A DNA stretch of 32,000 bases. Origin: Pyrobaculum aerophilum str. IM2. GTDB taxonomy: Archaea; Thermoproteota; Thermoprotei; Thermoproteales; Thermoproteaceae. The notes under the pieces were generated by a model that had not been told where the DNA came from, did not search any database, and saw nothing but the letters and a program-made list of their open reading frames with translations. The stretch covers positions 1,770,001 to 1,802,000 of the forward strand of contig NC_003364.1 in assembly GCF_000007225.1 (NCBI RefSeq). The letters are read 5' to 3'. Below, piece by piece: positions 20,812-28,188 of the stretch (positions are counted from its first letter, which is position 1; each line of letters opens with the position of its first letter). The translations under genes were made by a program, and so were the position numbers.

Positions 20812-22032
20812 ATGTTCGCGACGGCGTGGGCTGAGCTCTCGCGGCTGTGGAGATTTGGCATAGAGAATGGCCTATACGCCGATCACATTCTTAATAAGCT
20901 TGAGGGCATTAGAAAATACGTGGAGGAGTACGCTAACAGGCTGAGGATTGAGTACACGCTGTACAGCCTCCCCGGCGTTGACCCGTGGGTAGAGGTTAGG
21001 TTTAAGGACGAGAGGGGGAATGAGATAGCCCACATAAACATTAGGTGGTATCATAATAAGCTACATGCCTTCTTTAACGGCGCTAAAGAAAAGGCGGAAA
21101 GACTGGCCTCAATACTAAACGCATTGGGCGCCAACGCGGAGGCGAAGGAGTATGATGGAGGGTGGCGCGTAGACCTCACAACCGACTCCATCACAGCAAT
21201 ACGCCGTGCGGAGTGGCTGGAGGCAGTTAGAGCCCTTGTTGAGGAGCTACACAAGAGGGGAATAGTAAACGAGGAGCAGAGGGATAGATTGCTGAAGGAG
21301 ATCATCGCCGGGCCTAACACAATTGAAATCGCCGGAGTGGAGTTGAATGTTCGGCAAGAGTCCGTGGGCAAATCCAAGAGGCTGATCATTATGTATCACC
21401 CGAGCTCTTTCACCACCTTTAACACCGCCGTGAAGGCGCTTAGAGACGCTGGCTTTGTTGAGGGAGTACACTTCACCGCGAAAAAGCCAGAGGGCGGCGT
21501 GCAGGGATACGTATACATTAAGTTGCCGGCCGGCCTTTGGCGTTTAGAGGAGCTGAGGAGGCAGGGCGTTGATTGGGCAGACAAGGCGTTAAGGCGCCTT
21601 GAAGAAATAGCAAAGGCGAGGGGCTTCTCCAACCTACTGGAGGAGTACTTAAGGCCGGCTATGGAGGCGGAGACCGTCGATCCGAGGGGGCTTGTGGTGG
21701 AGGACGCCGAGAAGGGGATAAGGGCGGTGATAAGAGACGTTAGGGTGGTGCGGGACGGCGACAGGCCGAGGGTCGTTGTTGAGTATGAAGTAAACGGCAA
21801 AGCAAAGTCCTTCTCCTTTATCTGGGGCATGAGAAAGGAAGGGATAGTTATGGCAAACGTGTGGTTAGTTGAAGAAAGAGCCGCCGTTTTAGCCGCCCTA
21901 ACGGGCGACCAGACAATAAGGGGGAAGAGGGGCACCGTGACGCTTTACGCTAAACATCTATTCGCCCTGGCCAAGTACAGGGGAGTGGGCTGGGAGCTGT
22001 TGAGGTGGTACGCAGAAGTGATGAGAGAATGA
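20812..22032 (+). CDS. hypothetical protein with three tandem internal modules
   Basis: 406 aa. Three segments of similar pattern, each a beta-like stretch followed by an A/L-rich helix. It vaguely recalls the Pyrobaculum-specific paralogous (PaREP-type) families, but I cannot verify that here. Confidence 0.6.
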   Translation: MFATAWAELSRLWRFGIENGLYADHILNKLEGIRKYVEEYANRLRIEYTLYSLPGVDPWVEVRFKDERGNEIAHINIRWYHNKLHAFFNGAKEKAERLASILNALGANAEAKEYDGGWRVDLTTDSITAIRRAEWLEAVRALVEELHKRGIVNEEQRDRLLKEIIAGPNTIEIAGVELNVRQESVGKSKRLIIMYHPSSFTTFNTAVKALRDAGFVEGVHFTAKKPEGGVQGYVYIKLPAGLWRLEELRRQGVDWADKALRRLEEIAKARGFSNLLEEYLRPAMEAETVDPRGLVVEDAEKGIRAVIRDVRVVRDGDRPRVVVEYEVNGKAKSFSFIWGMRKEGIVMANVWLVEERAAVLAALTGDQTIRGKRGTVTLYAKHLFALAKYRGVGWELLRWYAEVMRE

Positions 22033-22080
22033 GCAAGCAAGTCCTCGCAGTTCCAGAAACAGAGTTGAAGGATAATTGAA

Positions 22081-22192
22081 TGGAGCCCCGGCCGGGATTC
22101 TTAGGCGGCAATGCCTGAACCCGGGACCTCCTCATCCGGTAGCCCGGAGGCTTTTACCAGTGAGGCGCTCCACCAGGCTGAGCTACCGGGGC
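22081..22192 (-). tRNA. tRNA-Thr (anticodon GGU) with two introns and encoded CCA
   Basis: Hand-folded. Acceptor GCCCCGG/CCGGGGC, D arm GCTC..GAGC, anticodon stem CCTCA/TGAGG, loop CTGGTAA. About 19 nt of intron after position 37. T stem CCGGG/CCCGG, with the T loop TTCA|AAT interrupted by about 16 nt (GGCATTGCCGCCTAAG). Confidence 0.85.
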
Positions 22193-22216
22193 GTCCGCGC
22201 CTATTACTACTCCATG

Positions 22217-22224
22217 TTTTTAAG
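22217..22224 (-). promoter_or_regulatory. TATA box of tRNA-Thr
   Basis: Minus strand CTTAAAAACATGG about 30 nt upstream of the tRNA 5' end. Nearly the same box precedes tRNA-Gln. Confidence 0.55.
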
Positions 22225-22430
22225 TTTTCTGCCCAGAGTTTTTGGCCCTGTGCGCATCGGCGTTACTTGATGATGGCGTTAGACAGCTACGGCGGGCCCT
22301 GCCAGATAACTCGGCCAGTCCCCGTTGACGTTATAGCACTAGGCTTTCCCCAGGTTTCTCCGCCGCGGCGGCTCCTTCTTAAGGCCTCGCCATTTTCCGT
22401 AAAGCTTAAAAAACATGTGTAGTAGTTGAT

Positions 22431-23069
22431 ATGTTTAAGCGGATTCTTCTAGTTGGAGTCGCCGTCGCCGTGTTGCTCGTCCTCTTGGCCTTGTTTAGTC
22501 AAGGGCCTGGGCATTATGAGGCCAATTATACATTGACGCTGGTCTTCACCTCGCCGGGCGGATCCCAGAGGATGGACTTGGGGTGGATATTACTGGGTAC
22601 TGGTAGCGAGAACTATACCATGGCCGTTATCAGATTCTCCGGCGCCGAAATTCAAGTTTTTTACGCCACGGAGAAGGATAAGGAGTATGCCGCTGTCTGC
22701 ATTGCTGGATATTGCGCCAGAGACGCGCCCTTGCAAAGGGAAATGGACCTCAGGTTCAAAGTGAGAAAGATGGATGTCGTAGGGAAGTGCCGCCACTTGG
22801 GTTATGAGGGGGAAATAGTCAGATTAGAGGGGGAATACGACTTGGGCCTTTTATCTGCTATTGCGAAGTCGCAGGGAGTAACTCTCAACGCGACAGGTGA
22901 GGGAGAGGCGTGTTTTGTAGGGAATCTGTTGCTCTGGGCCCGCGAAAAGTACATATTCACTGTGAATGAAGAAAAGGCGTCGATTGAATTTGTGATAAAC
23001 GCCACGAGAGTCGGCTCATACAGCGCGGAGAGGTACAGGGAGGTTTTAAATAAAGCTAAATCCAGCTAA
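22431..23069 (+). CDS. secreted/membrane-anchored hypothetical protein
   Basis: 212 aa. N-terminal hydrophobic signal-anchor ILLVGVAVAVLLVLLALF and several N-x-T/S sequons. No recognised family. Confidence 0.6.
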   Translation: MFKRILLVGVAVAVLLVLLALFSQGPGHYEANYTLTLVFTSPGGSQRMDLGWILLGTGSENYTMAVIRFSGAEIQVFYATEKDKEYAAVCIAGYCARDAPLQREMDLRFKVRKMDVVGKCRHLGYEGEIVRLEGEYDLGLLSAIAKSQGVTLNATGEGEACFVGNLLLWAREKYIFTVNEEKASIEFVINATRVGSYSAERYREVLNKAKSS

Positions 23070-23081
23070 CCGCCCGGCGGG

Positions 23082-23585
23082 TCACACCCCCTCCTCTCTG
23101 CGGCGGCTTGTGGGTCCCAGCCAGCTTGGCAACGAGCCTCGCGCGTACCTGAAGAAATCCTCAAACCAGTCCGGCGTTTTGAATTCATTAACCACGTCTA
23201 AGTGGTCGTAGGGCTTTATGTCTAGAACCGGGCTACCGCTCCACGCGTCGAGGCCCATTACCCGCAACCGAGGCGGGTCCACCTCCACTATTTTCACAAT
23301 TGTCAAGGCGAGGGGGTTTGGCCTCTGCGGAAATCTCGTGGCGAAAATCCCCACCTCCGGCATCTCCTCACGGCCCCACGGCCTCAGCTTGAGCTTCGCC
23401 CCTCTGCTCTCGTGAAAATACCAGAGGATGAAGGCGTGGCTGTACTCCTCAAGCCCCGTAAGCCCCTCGACGTATTCGTCATATATCCTTATGACAGAGA
23501 CTACGCTGTATTTATCCACCTTCCCAAATCTCGGCATGCCCACCTCCACTACGCCTATGGGCTTTAGGCAAATAGGACACGACAT
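23082..23585 (-). CDS. TsaA/TrmO-like (YaeB/UPF0066) tRNA methyltransferase-family protein
   Basis: Family pattern IGVV...Y..GL.GLEEYSH..ILWYFH...FATR.P.RPNP..LT.VKI...L.V.GLD...GSPVLDIKPY. Confidence 0.78.
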   Translation of the reverse strand: MSCPICLKPIGVVEVGMPRFGKVDKYSVVSVIRIYDEYVEGLTGLEEYSHAFILWYFHESRGAKLKLRPWGREEMPEVGIFATRFPQRPNPLALTIVKIVEVDPPRLRVMGLDAWSGSPVLDIKPYDHLDVVNEFKTPDWFEDFFRYARGSLPSWLGPTSRRREEGV

Positions 23586-23710
23586 GAGTTTATCACACAG
23601 CGGGGCTATTTAAGCATCCCCCCGGGCGCTTACGCGCGATTACTTGCCGGTTACCGGCGAAAGGGTTCCGTAATTCGCTTATTTTTATGACGGGCGGCGC
23701 TTTAAAGACC

Positions 23711-24826
23711 TCAGCCCTTCCGAGCGCTTTTCTTAATCCTCCTAGCTATAAATAACGCGACAATTATCGTAACAGCGGCGGCTACGGCGGGTAAAATGAA
23801 AACGCGGTAATCCGGTTTTACTATGAGGTAGTCAACGCCTGTCTTGGGCCAGAACTCGACTATTAAAGGCGAGGGGCAAACCCCCGCGAGCTCAACATAT
23901 CTCGATATAAGCCTCTTGGCGGTCTCCTCGTCGGGCGGAGTGCCGTTGACGTAGGGAAAAACAAAATACGCCGGGCCTAGGTCTTGGGAGAGCAAGAATA
24001 TGTGAATTATGCCCGCGACGCCTCCCTCCAGCTTCTTTACAGTGCCTATTTCCCTCTCCCAGCGCATTGCGGCGTTGCGGAGCCTCTCCCCTAACTCTTC
24101 AGTGAACCAGTAAGCCCCCACTCTAATGTAGGCAGGTATCTCCTCGCCTAACTCCTTCCCAATATAGCTCAACCAGTTTAACGCCTCTGTTAAATTCGTC
24201 GTCTTAATTAACACAATGGGGCCTTCGCTGCTTGCCTCTATCTTAGTGCTTCCCAGTTTTTTCCTCACAATTTCTACGTAGGCTGCCTTAGCGCTTTCGC
24301 CGCGGCTAAAAGCCTTCTTCAGACTTTCTCTAACCTCCCCAGCGGTTTTATAAACAGATACGCCTAATTTCTCACCGACTTCTTTTACCAACTCAGTGTA
24401 GTTAGAGGCGCGCGTCTTTACGTGCTCAATTATCTTATAGCCAGGCGTACCCGGCGCAATCTCTATATACGCTGCTATGCGATCCGACTCGCCTACGCCG
24501 TATATAGATACAGTAACTTCGGCGTCGCCCGGCAACTTGAGAACGGCATCAAATAACTTATTAATATCGACGCCTCTAGCTACGCTCTTTATAGGCGGTA
24601 TTAAATCCTCCAAGCGGCTCAGCATAGGAGTCGAATCGTTAAAAGTCTTGGCCACGTAAACGTACACGTCGCAGTTATCCAGCTTAAACACATATGTGGG
24701 CTTGAACACGTCCACCAGCCCTGTGTAGTTAACTACAGTATATGGACCAATTTGATACGACACGGCGCCTAACACAACGGCAGAGATCGCCAACAAGCTA
24801 ATTAGAGGCGCTATTGGGCGAGCCAT
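23711..24826 (-). CDS. hypothetical protein anchored at both termini
   Basis: 371 aa. N-terminal signal-anchor PLISLLAISAVVLGAV and C-terminal TM FILPAVAAAVTIIVALFIA followed by a basic tail. The first residues and start context are homologous to gene 26296..27017. TTTATC box 26 nt upstream of the ATG. Confidence 0.65.
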   Translation of the reverse strand: MARPIAPLISLLAISAVVLGAVSYQIGPYTVVNYTGLVDVFKPTYVFKLDNCDVYVYVAKTFNDSTPMLSRLEDLIPPIKSVARGVDINKLFDAVLKLPGDAEVTVSIYGVGESDRIAAYIEIAPGTPGYKIIEHVKTRASNYTELVKEVGEKLGVSVYKTAGEVRESLKKAFSRGESAKAAYVEIVRKKLGSTKIEASSEGPIVLIKTTNLTEALNWLSYIGKELGEEIPAYIRVGAYWFTEELGERLRNAAMRWEREIGTVKKLEGGVAGIIHIFLLSQDLGPAYFVFPYVNGTPPDEETAKRLISRYVELAGVCPSPLIVEFWPKTGVDYLIVKPDYRVFILPAVAAAVTIIVALFIARRIKKSARKG

Positions 24827-24960
24827 ATGTCACCTGTGCAGATACGGATAAACGTTGTAATATTGCAACGCATATTCCACAGACTGGAATATTGTATACA
24901 TGTAAGGGCCGCCTTTTGGCATCGCACCAATTTGAATGCCATATCAGCTGTTGGGTTGCA

Positions 24961-25015
24961 GGTTATAAACTTTGCTTATTTGAAGTCTATACATAACGAC
25001 AAAAATACAACGTAA
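24961..25015 (-). repeat. conserved ~50-nt upstream element plus BRE/TATA, copy A
   Basis: About 7 mismatches to copy B over about 50 nt by hand count. On the minus strand it ends in GCAAAGTTTATAA, 27 nt upstream of an ATG at 24942. Confidence 0.75.
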
Positions 25016-25151
25016 GGCAACGACACCTAAATGTACTTGCGGTGTAAGTTAGTAAAGGCCTTTGGCAACTGGACTATCTTAGAATCTTGGCGAGTTCAAA
25101 CGGAAATGCCCGCGACTAGGGGAGTGTACGGGCTCTCTCGGCGGTTTGAAT

Positions 25152-25427
25152 TTATTTTCTCTTGACGTCCATCGGCTCCTCTCCGGTCAGCTCTTTTATA
25201 AGCTCGGCTAGCCTCGCCGCGGCCTCCGCGCCTTTTGGCGTTAGTCTCAACTCCTCCTCGCCTGCCACAAGACCCCTTTCTCTTAGATACTCCACGTATT
25301 GAAGAAAACGGTTGTAATTCACGCCGGATAACAAAGCCGCCTCCCTCTTACTTCGCCCATCGGCAAGTGAGAGTAGAATTTTTGCTATGACGTAAAGGTC
25401 AGGATAAAATTTCTTTTGCTTTTTCAT
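25152..25427 (-). CDS. small winged-helix DNA-binding protein
   Basis: 91 aa. The pattern ILLSL..G...R...LLSGVNYNRFLQYVEYLRERGLV is typical of small archaeal wHTH regulators. Overlaps the upstream membrane-protein gene by 29 nt. Confidence 0.6.
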   Translation of the reverse strand: MKKQKKFYPDLYVIAKILLSLADGRSKREAALLSGVNYNRFLQYVEYLRERGLVAGEEELRLTPKGAEAAARLAELIKELTGEEPMDVKRK

Positions 25428-26196
25428 AAAACTCCTCTGCCCTTTTTACAAACTCGGCGTAGCGCCAAGTGAGCTTCCACGCGGCGGCCAACGCCACCGC
25501 CAACACTGAATAGAGAAGGGCAACCCAGAGGGCCGTGTAGAAAACCCAACCGTATCCAGCGGGCCCCCCCACTGCAAGCCCCTTTATAAATACCGCAAAT
25601 CTCCCACCTTGGTCTAAGTTTTCAATTCCCCTAACGTAAATAGTCCCCACTATAATGTGGCTGCCAGAGCTATTCCTCGCGTTGATATCTGCCGGTGTGT
25701 AATTCCCCAGCGATCCGGTAGCAACTGTCCATTCAGACTGCGGAGTTGTGGAGATTGGCTGTGGGTGTGTTGGAACTTCAAGTATTATTATCGGGGTGAA
25801 GTACAGGTAGATTGATGCAAAAATTACAAAAACAAGCGCCGCATATGATATTACATATAACACAGGCGCCGCGACGCACAACCTTCTTCGCTTGTAGAAG
25901 AGCTCTAGGAGTTCAAGGCCTCCGCTGACGCCTCTTCCAAGTAAAAGGCTTGCGGCCATGGCCGCAATTGAAGACAATATAACTGCTAAAAAGACCGGGC
26001 GCCCCACGGCGCCAATAATGTAGAGGAGGTAGAGAACGGGGAAAAGCCAAGTAAGTGTTAATGTCAAATATAAAAGAGGCGAAGCCCCTTTACAAAGCCG
26101 GAAGAGCCGAGACATAAGACAAGAGGGGGATTCGTTTAATAGCATTTCGTCCAAGGCGTCTTGGCTACTGCGCCGAATTTCAGAGAGATCCCACAC
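25399..26196 (-). CDS. polytopic membrane protein, hypothetical
   Basis: 265 aa (GTG start). About 5 N-terminal TM helices, an extracytoplasmic segment of about 80 aa, then a final TM and an amphipathic tail. TAAATTA about 24 nt upstream of the GTG. Confidence 0.6.
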   Translation of the reverse strand: MWDLSEIRRSSQDALDEMLLNESPSCLMSRLFRLCKGASPLLYLTLTLTWLFPVLYLLYIIGAVGRPVFLAVILSSIAAMAASLLLGRGVSGGLELLELFYKRRRLCVAAPVLYVISYAALVFVIFASIYLYFTPIIILEVPTHPQPISTTPQSEWTVATGSLGNYTPADINARNSSGSHIIVGTIYVRGIENLDQGGRFAVFIKGLAVGGPAGYGWVFYTALWVALLYSVLAVALAAAWKLTWRYAEFVKRAEEFYEKAKEILS

Positions 26197-26295
26197 CTCT
26201 CTCCACCCCGGAGTAATTTAGCTAACGAAGAAAACCGGCGGTGCGTCATAGGGTAAAGGACAAAATTGGAAAAATGAGGATTTTCGACAATAATA

Positions 26296-27017
26296 CTATT
26301 GATAATAAAGCGTCAAGGTGCCCGAGTAGTTTACAGAGTAGGAGTTGATATTTACCACCACAGCCTGGACTTTTTGCGACGGATTTAGAGAGAACAACGC
26401 AGATACGCTCTGGCCGTAGCCGCAGATGCTTGGTCCGCTACCGGTGCTTAAATCCACATACCCCACGCAGAGATAGCCCGAGGGGCTCCAAGAGACGTTG
26501 AACTCCAAATTAATTAACCCGGTATATGGCCCATACCCATCTCCAGAATATGGAGGCAGTGTGCCGGAAATGGACTGTGATGTTTTAATCAGCTCTGGGC
26601 TTGGCTTCTCCTCTGTCGCAGTCGCGTTAGCTGGCTTTGCCCCGCCTTCTTCTCTATTTTAACTTTAGACAGAATCTCACTGCCGTTTATTACCAAAAGC
26701 GTGTCGTTAGGCAATAACTTTAGCTCTACCCTCTTGACCTCTCCTCCCACCATTTTTATATGCTTAATTACAACCCACGGCCTTCCCCCGTCTAGCATGA
26801 CGGCTGAACCGTTGGGGAGCAACTTAATCTCTACCCTTTTCGTCTCCTCGCCTTTTACGTATAGCTTTGCTGTAAACGTTTTATTGTTGGGACCCACCAC
26901 TTTCACAAAACCGTTTTCGTACAAGAGCGTTGCTTTAAACACGTTAGTGCCTGTCGCCACGGCAAACACTACCACAACCACTAGCGCTGTTATTAATGGC
27001 ATATTTTTTGGCGCCAT
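26296..27017 (-). pseudogene. signal-anchored repeat protein split by a frame change (ORFs 26589..27017 and 26296..26658)
   Basis: The upstream ORF ends in a basic, junk-like tail. The other frame is open from 26658 with a plausible linker (GGAKPANATATEEKPSPE) and a beta-rich domain, but has no start codon until 26508. One extra G in the G4 run (plus-strand C4 at 26640-26643) would fuse the frames. Confidence 0.5.
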
Positions 27018-27036
27018 ATCCGCCGTTGAGCCACTT

Positions 27037-27090
27037 GGTATAAACCTTGCTTATCTGAAGTCTGCACACAACGGCAAAAATACGACGTAA
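27037..27090 (-). repeat. conserved ~50-nt upstream element plus BRE/TATA, copy B
   Basis: Minus strand reads TTACGTCGTATTTTTGCCGTTGTGTGCAGACTTCAGATAAGCAAGGTTTATACC. The TATA (plus 27039-27044) lies 27 nt upstream of the ATG at 27017. Confidence 0.75.
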
Positions 27091-27425
27091 ACTACAGCTT
27101 AGAAACGGCGACTTTTTTGACTCTGAAAGGTAGTATAAAAGCCCCCTTGCCACGATACTTGGGAGTGGAGATCTTGGCGGCGTATTAGGAGTGGGAAGGC
27201 TAAGAAACGCGGCTGTGGCTATCGCCTATTGGCAAATTACCAGGGCGTGGCTGGACTATGTAAATCAAAAGGCCGCGGCTCTACCTCAGCAATATCTGCC
27301 CACTTGCAACCTAGTGCTCTCCTTAACGGCGAATTTCCTAACCAGCCCCTTACGGATATGAGTTCACTATCCCCACGGTTGCTGGGGGACTTACTCAGCA
27401 TGAAAAACGCACCATCCATTAGTTA

Positions 27426-27684
27426 TCAGTGGCGTCTAAGCCATTTGTCCAGCTCGTGGTAATCACAGTTAGAGGCTAAGTTGCTTATATATTCGTCGCC
27501 CTTCTTTGCCAGCCACATGTAGTCGTCTGCCAATTGCGCAGAGTAGGGGCTGTGTGTATAGAGATCGAAGACATAACCCCTGACGAGCCCCAGCCTCTGG
27601 AGGAAATAAACCACTTTGGACCAACAACCTTGTCTCAAAACCTGCCTCTCCAGTGTCCGCCAGTTCCTTTGCCAACACTCCCAA
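27426..27684 (-). pseudogene. small hypothetical gene with an apparent 1-nt frameshift
   Basis: ORF 27469..27684 (GVLAKELADTGEAGFETRLL...) and ORF 27426..27638 (...KVVYFLQRLGLVRGYVFDLYTHSPYSAQLADD...) overlap in different frames. Removing one nt near 27612-27630 gives one continuous product of about 85 aa. Confidence 0.35.
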
Positions 27685-27837
27685 GAACTTTATAACATAA
27701 TTTTTTAATTTCCATAGTTCTAGCCAAAGCTTCTACTATTTTTTGTCTAAACCCTTCACTTGCCAAATCATTTAATTAACCTTAGAGAGAAATGACAAGC
27801 GTTAATCTTTCAAGAGGTCGGCGGAAGTAGCCCGGCC

Positions 27838-27927
27838 GGGATTCGAACCCGGGCCACGGGGTCCAGAGCCCCGCATCCCTAGCCGGGTTTTCCCGTTGGC
27901 CGCTAGACGACCGGGCTCAGTGCCTAT
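27838..27927 (-). tRNA. tRNA-Gln (anticodon CUG) with an intron in the D loop
   Basis: Hand-folded. Acceptor AGCCCGG/CCGGGCT, anticodon stem CGGGG/CCCCG, loop CTCTGGA, T arm CCGGG-TTCGAAT-CCCGG. The D region is about 16 nt too long (AACGGGAAAACCCGGC). No encoded CCA. Confidence 0.85.
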
Positions 27928-27948
27928 TTTTCCCCGTGTTTTTAAGCT

Positions 27949-27956
27949 TTTCCGGC
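27949..27956 (-). promoter_or_regulatory. TATA box of tRNA-Gln
   Basis: Minus strand GCTTAAAAACACGG about 29 nt upstream of the tRNA 5' end. Confidence 0.55.
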
Positions 27957-28176
27957 GTGGCTGTAGGCGGCACCTCTTCTGCGCGCCGGCGAACTCCCTT
28001 GCATAGCCCTCGTACTGATACTCTACGTCCTCCAGGGCTTGAAGATTTGCGAGGGACCCTAATGCTTAATCGCCGCCGCAGGCGCGTTGTAAGGTAAACG
28101 CTGAGAAGCCCAGCCCACGTCTGCTGAGCGGCTAGGCGGAGGGCTAATGGGCTTAGCCATGGCGATAAAGGGCGGT

Positions 28177-28188
28177 AAAATTTATTAA
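28177..28188 (+). promoter_or_regulatory. TATA box of tRNA-Pro
   Basis: AAAATTTATTAA about 25-30 nt upstream of 28211. Confidence 0.5.

Larger units (their letters stand above)
20301..22097. mobile_element. possible integrated-element remnant bounded by 17-bp direct repeats at tRNA-Thr
   Basis: Direct repeats lie at 20301-20317 and 22081-22097. The interior holds two orphan ORFs. No integrase was recognised, so this call is tentative. Confidence 0.3.

Noticed and set aside
22261-22335. TTGATGA at 22267-22273 as the C box of a C/D sRNA
   Set aside because: The D', C' and D boxes at the canonical 12-nt guide spacing are all degenerate (GCTA, TGCCAGA, TCCC).
22076-22422. ORFs 22076..22270 and 22111..22422
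   Set aside because: They read through the tRNA-Thr gene and its promoter. Their composition (Arg/Pro/Ser-rich) is that of translated structured RNA or spacer.
25095-25150. Imperfect inverted repeat TTCAAAC...GTTTGAA enclosing GCCCG...CGGGC, just downstream of the wHTH gene
   Set aside because: It has no ACA or K-turn features of an H/ACA RNA. It is most simply a 3'-end or terminator structure of the operon, which is too weak to report as an RNA gene.
27229-27462. Mutually antisense ORFs of 77 aa (+) and 60 aa (-)
   Set aside because: Neither has a convincing start context or composition. They may be debris of a decayed gene, but I cannot support a call.
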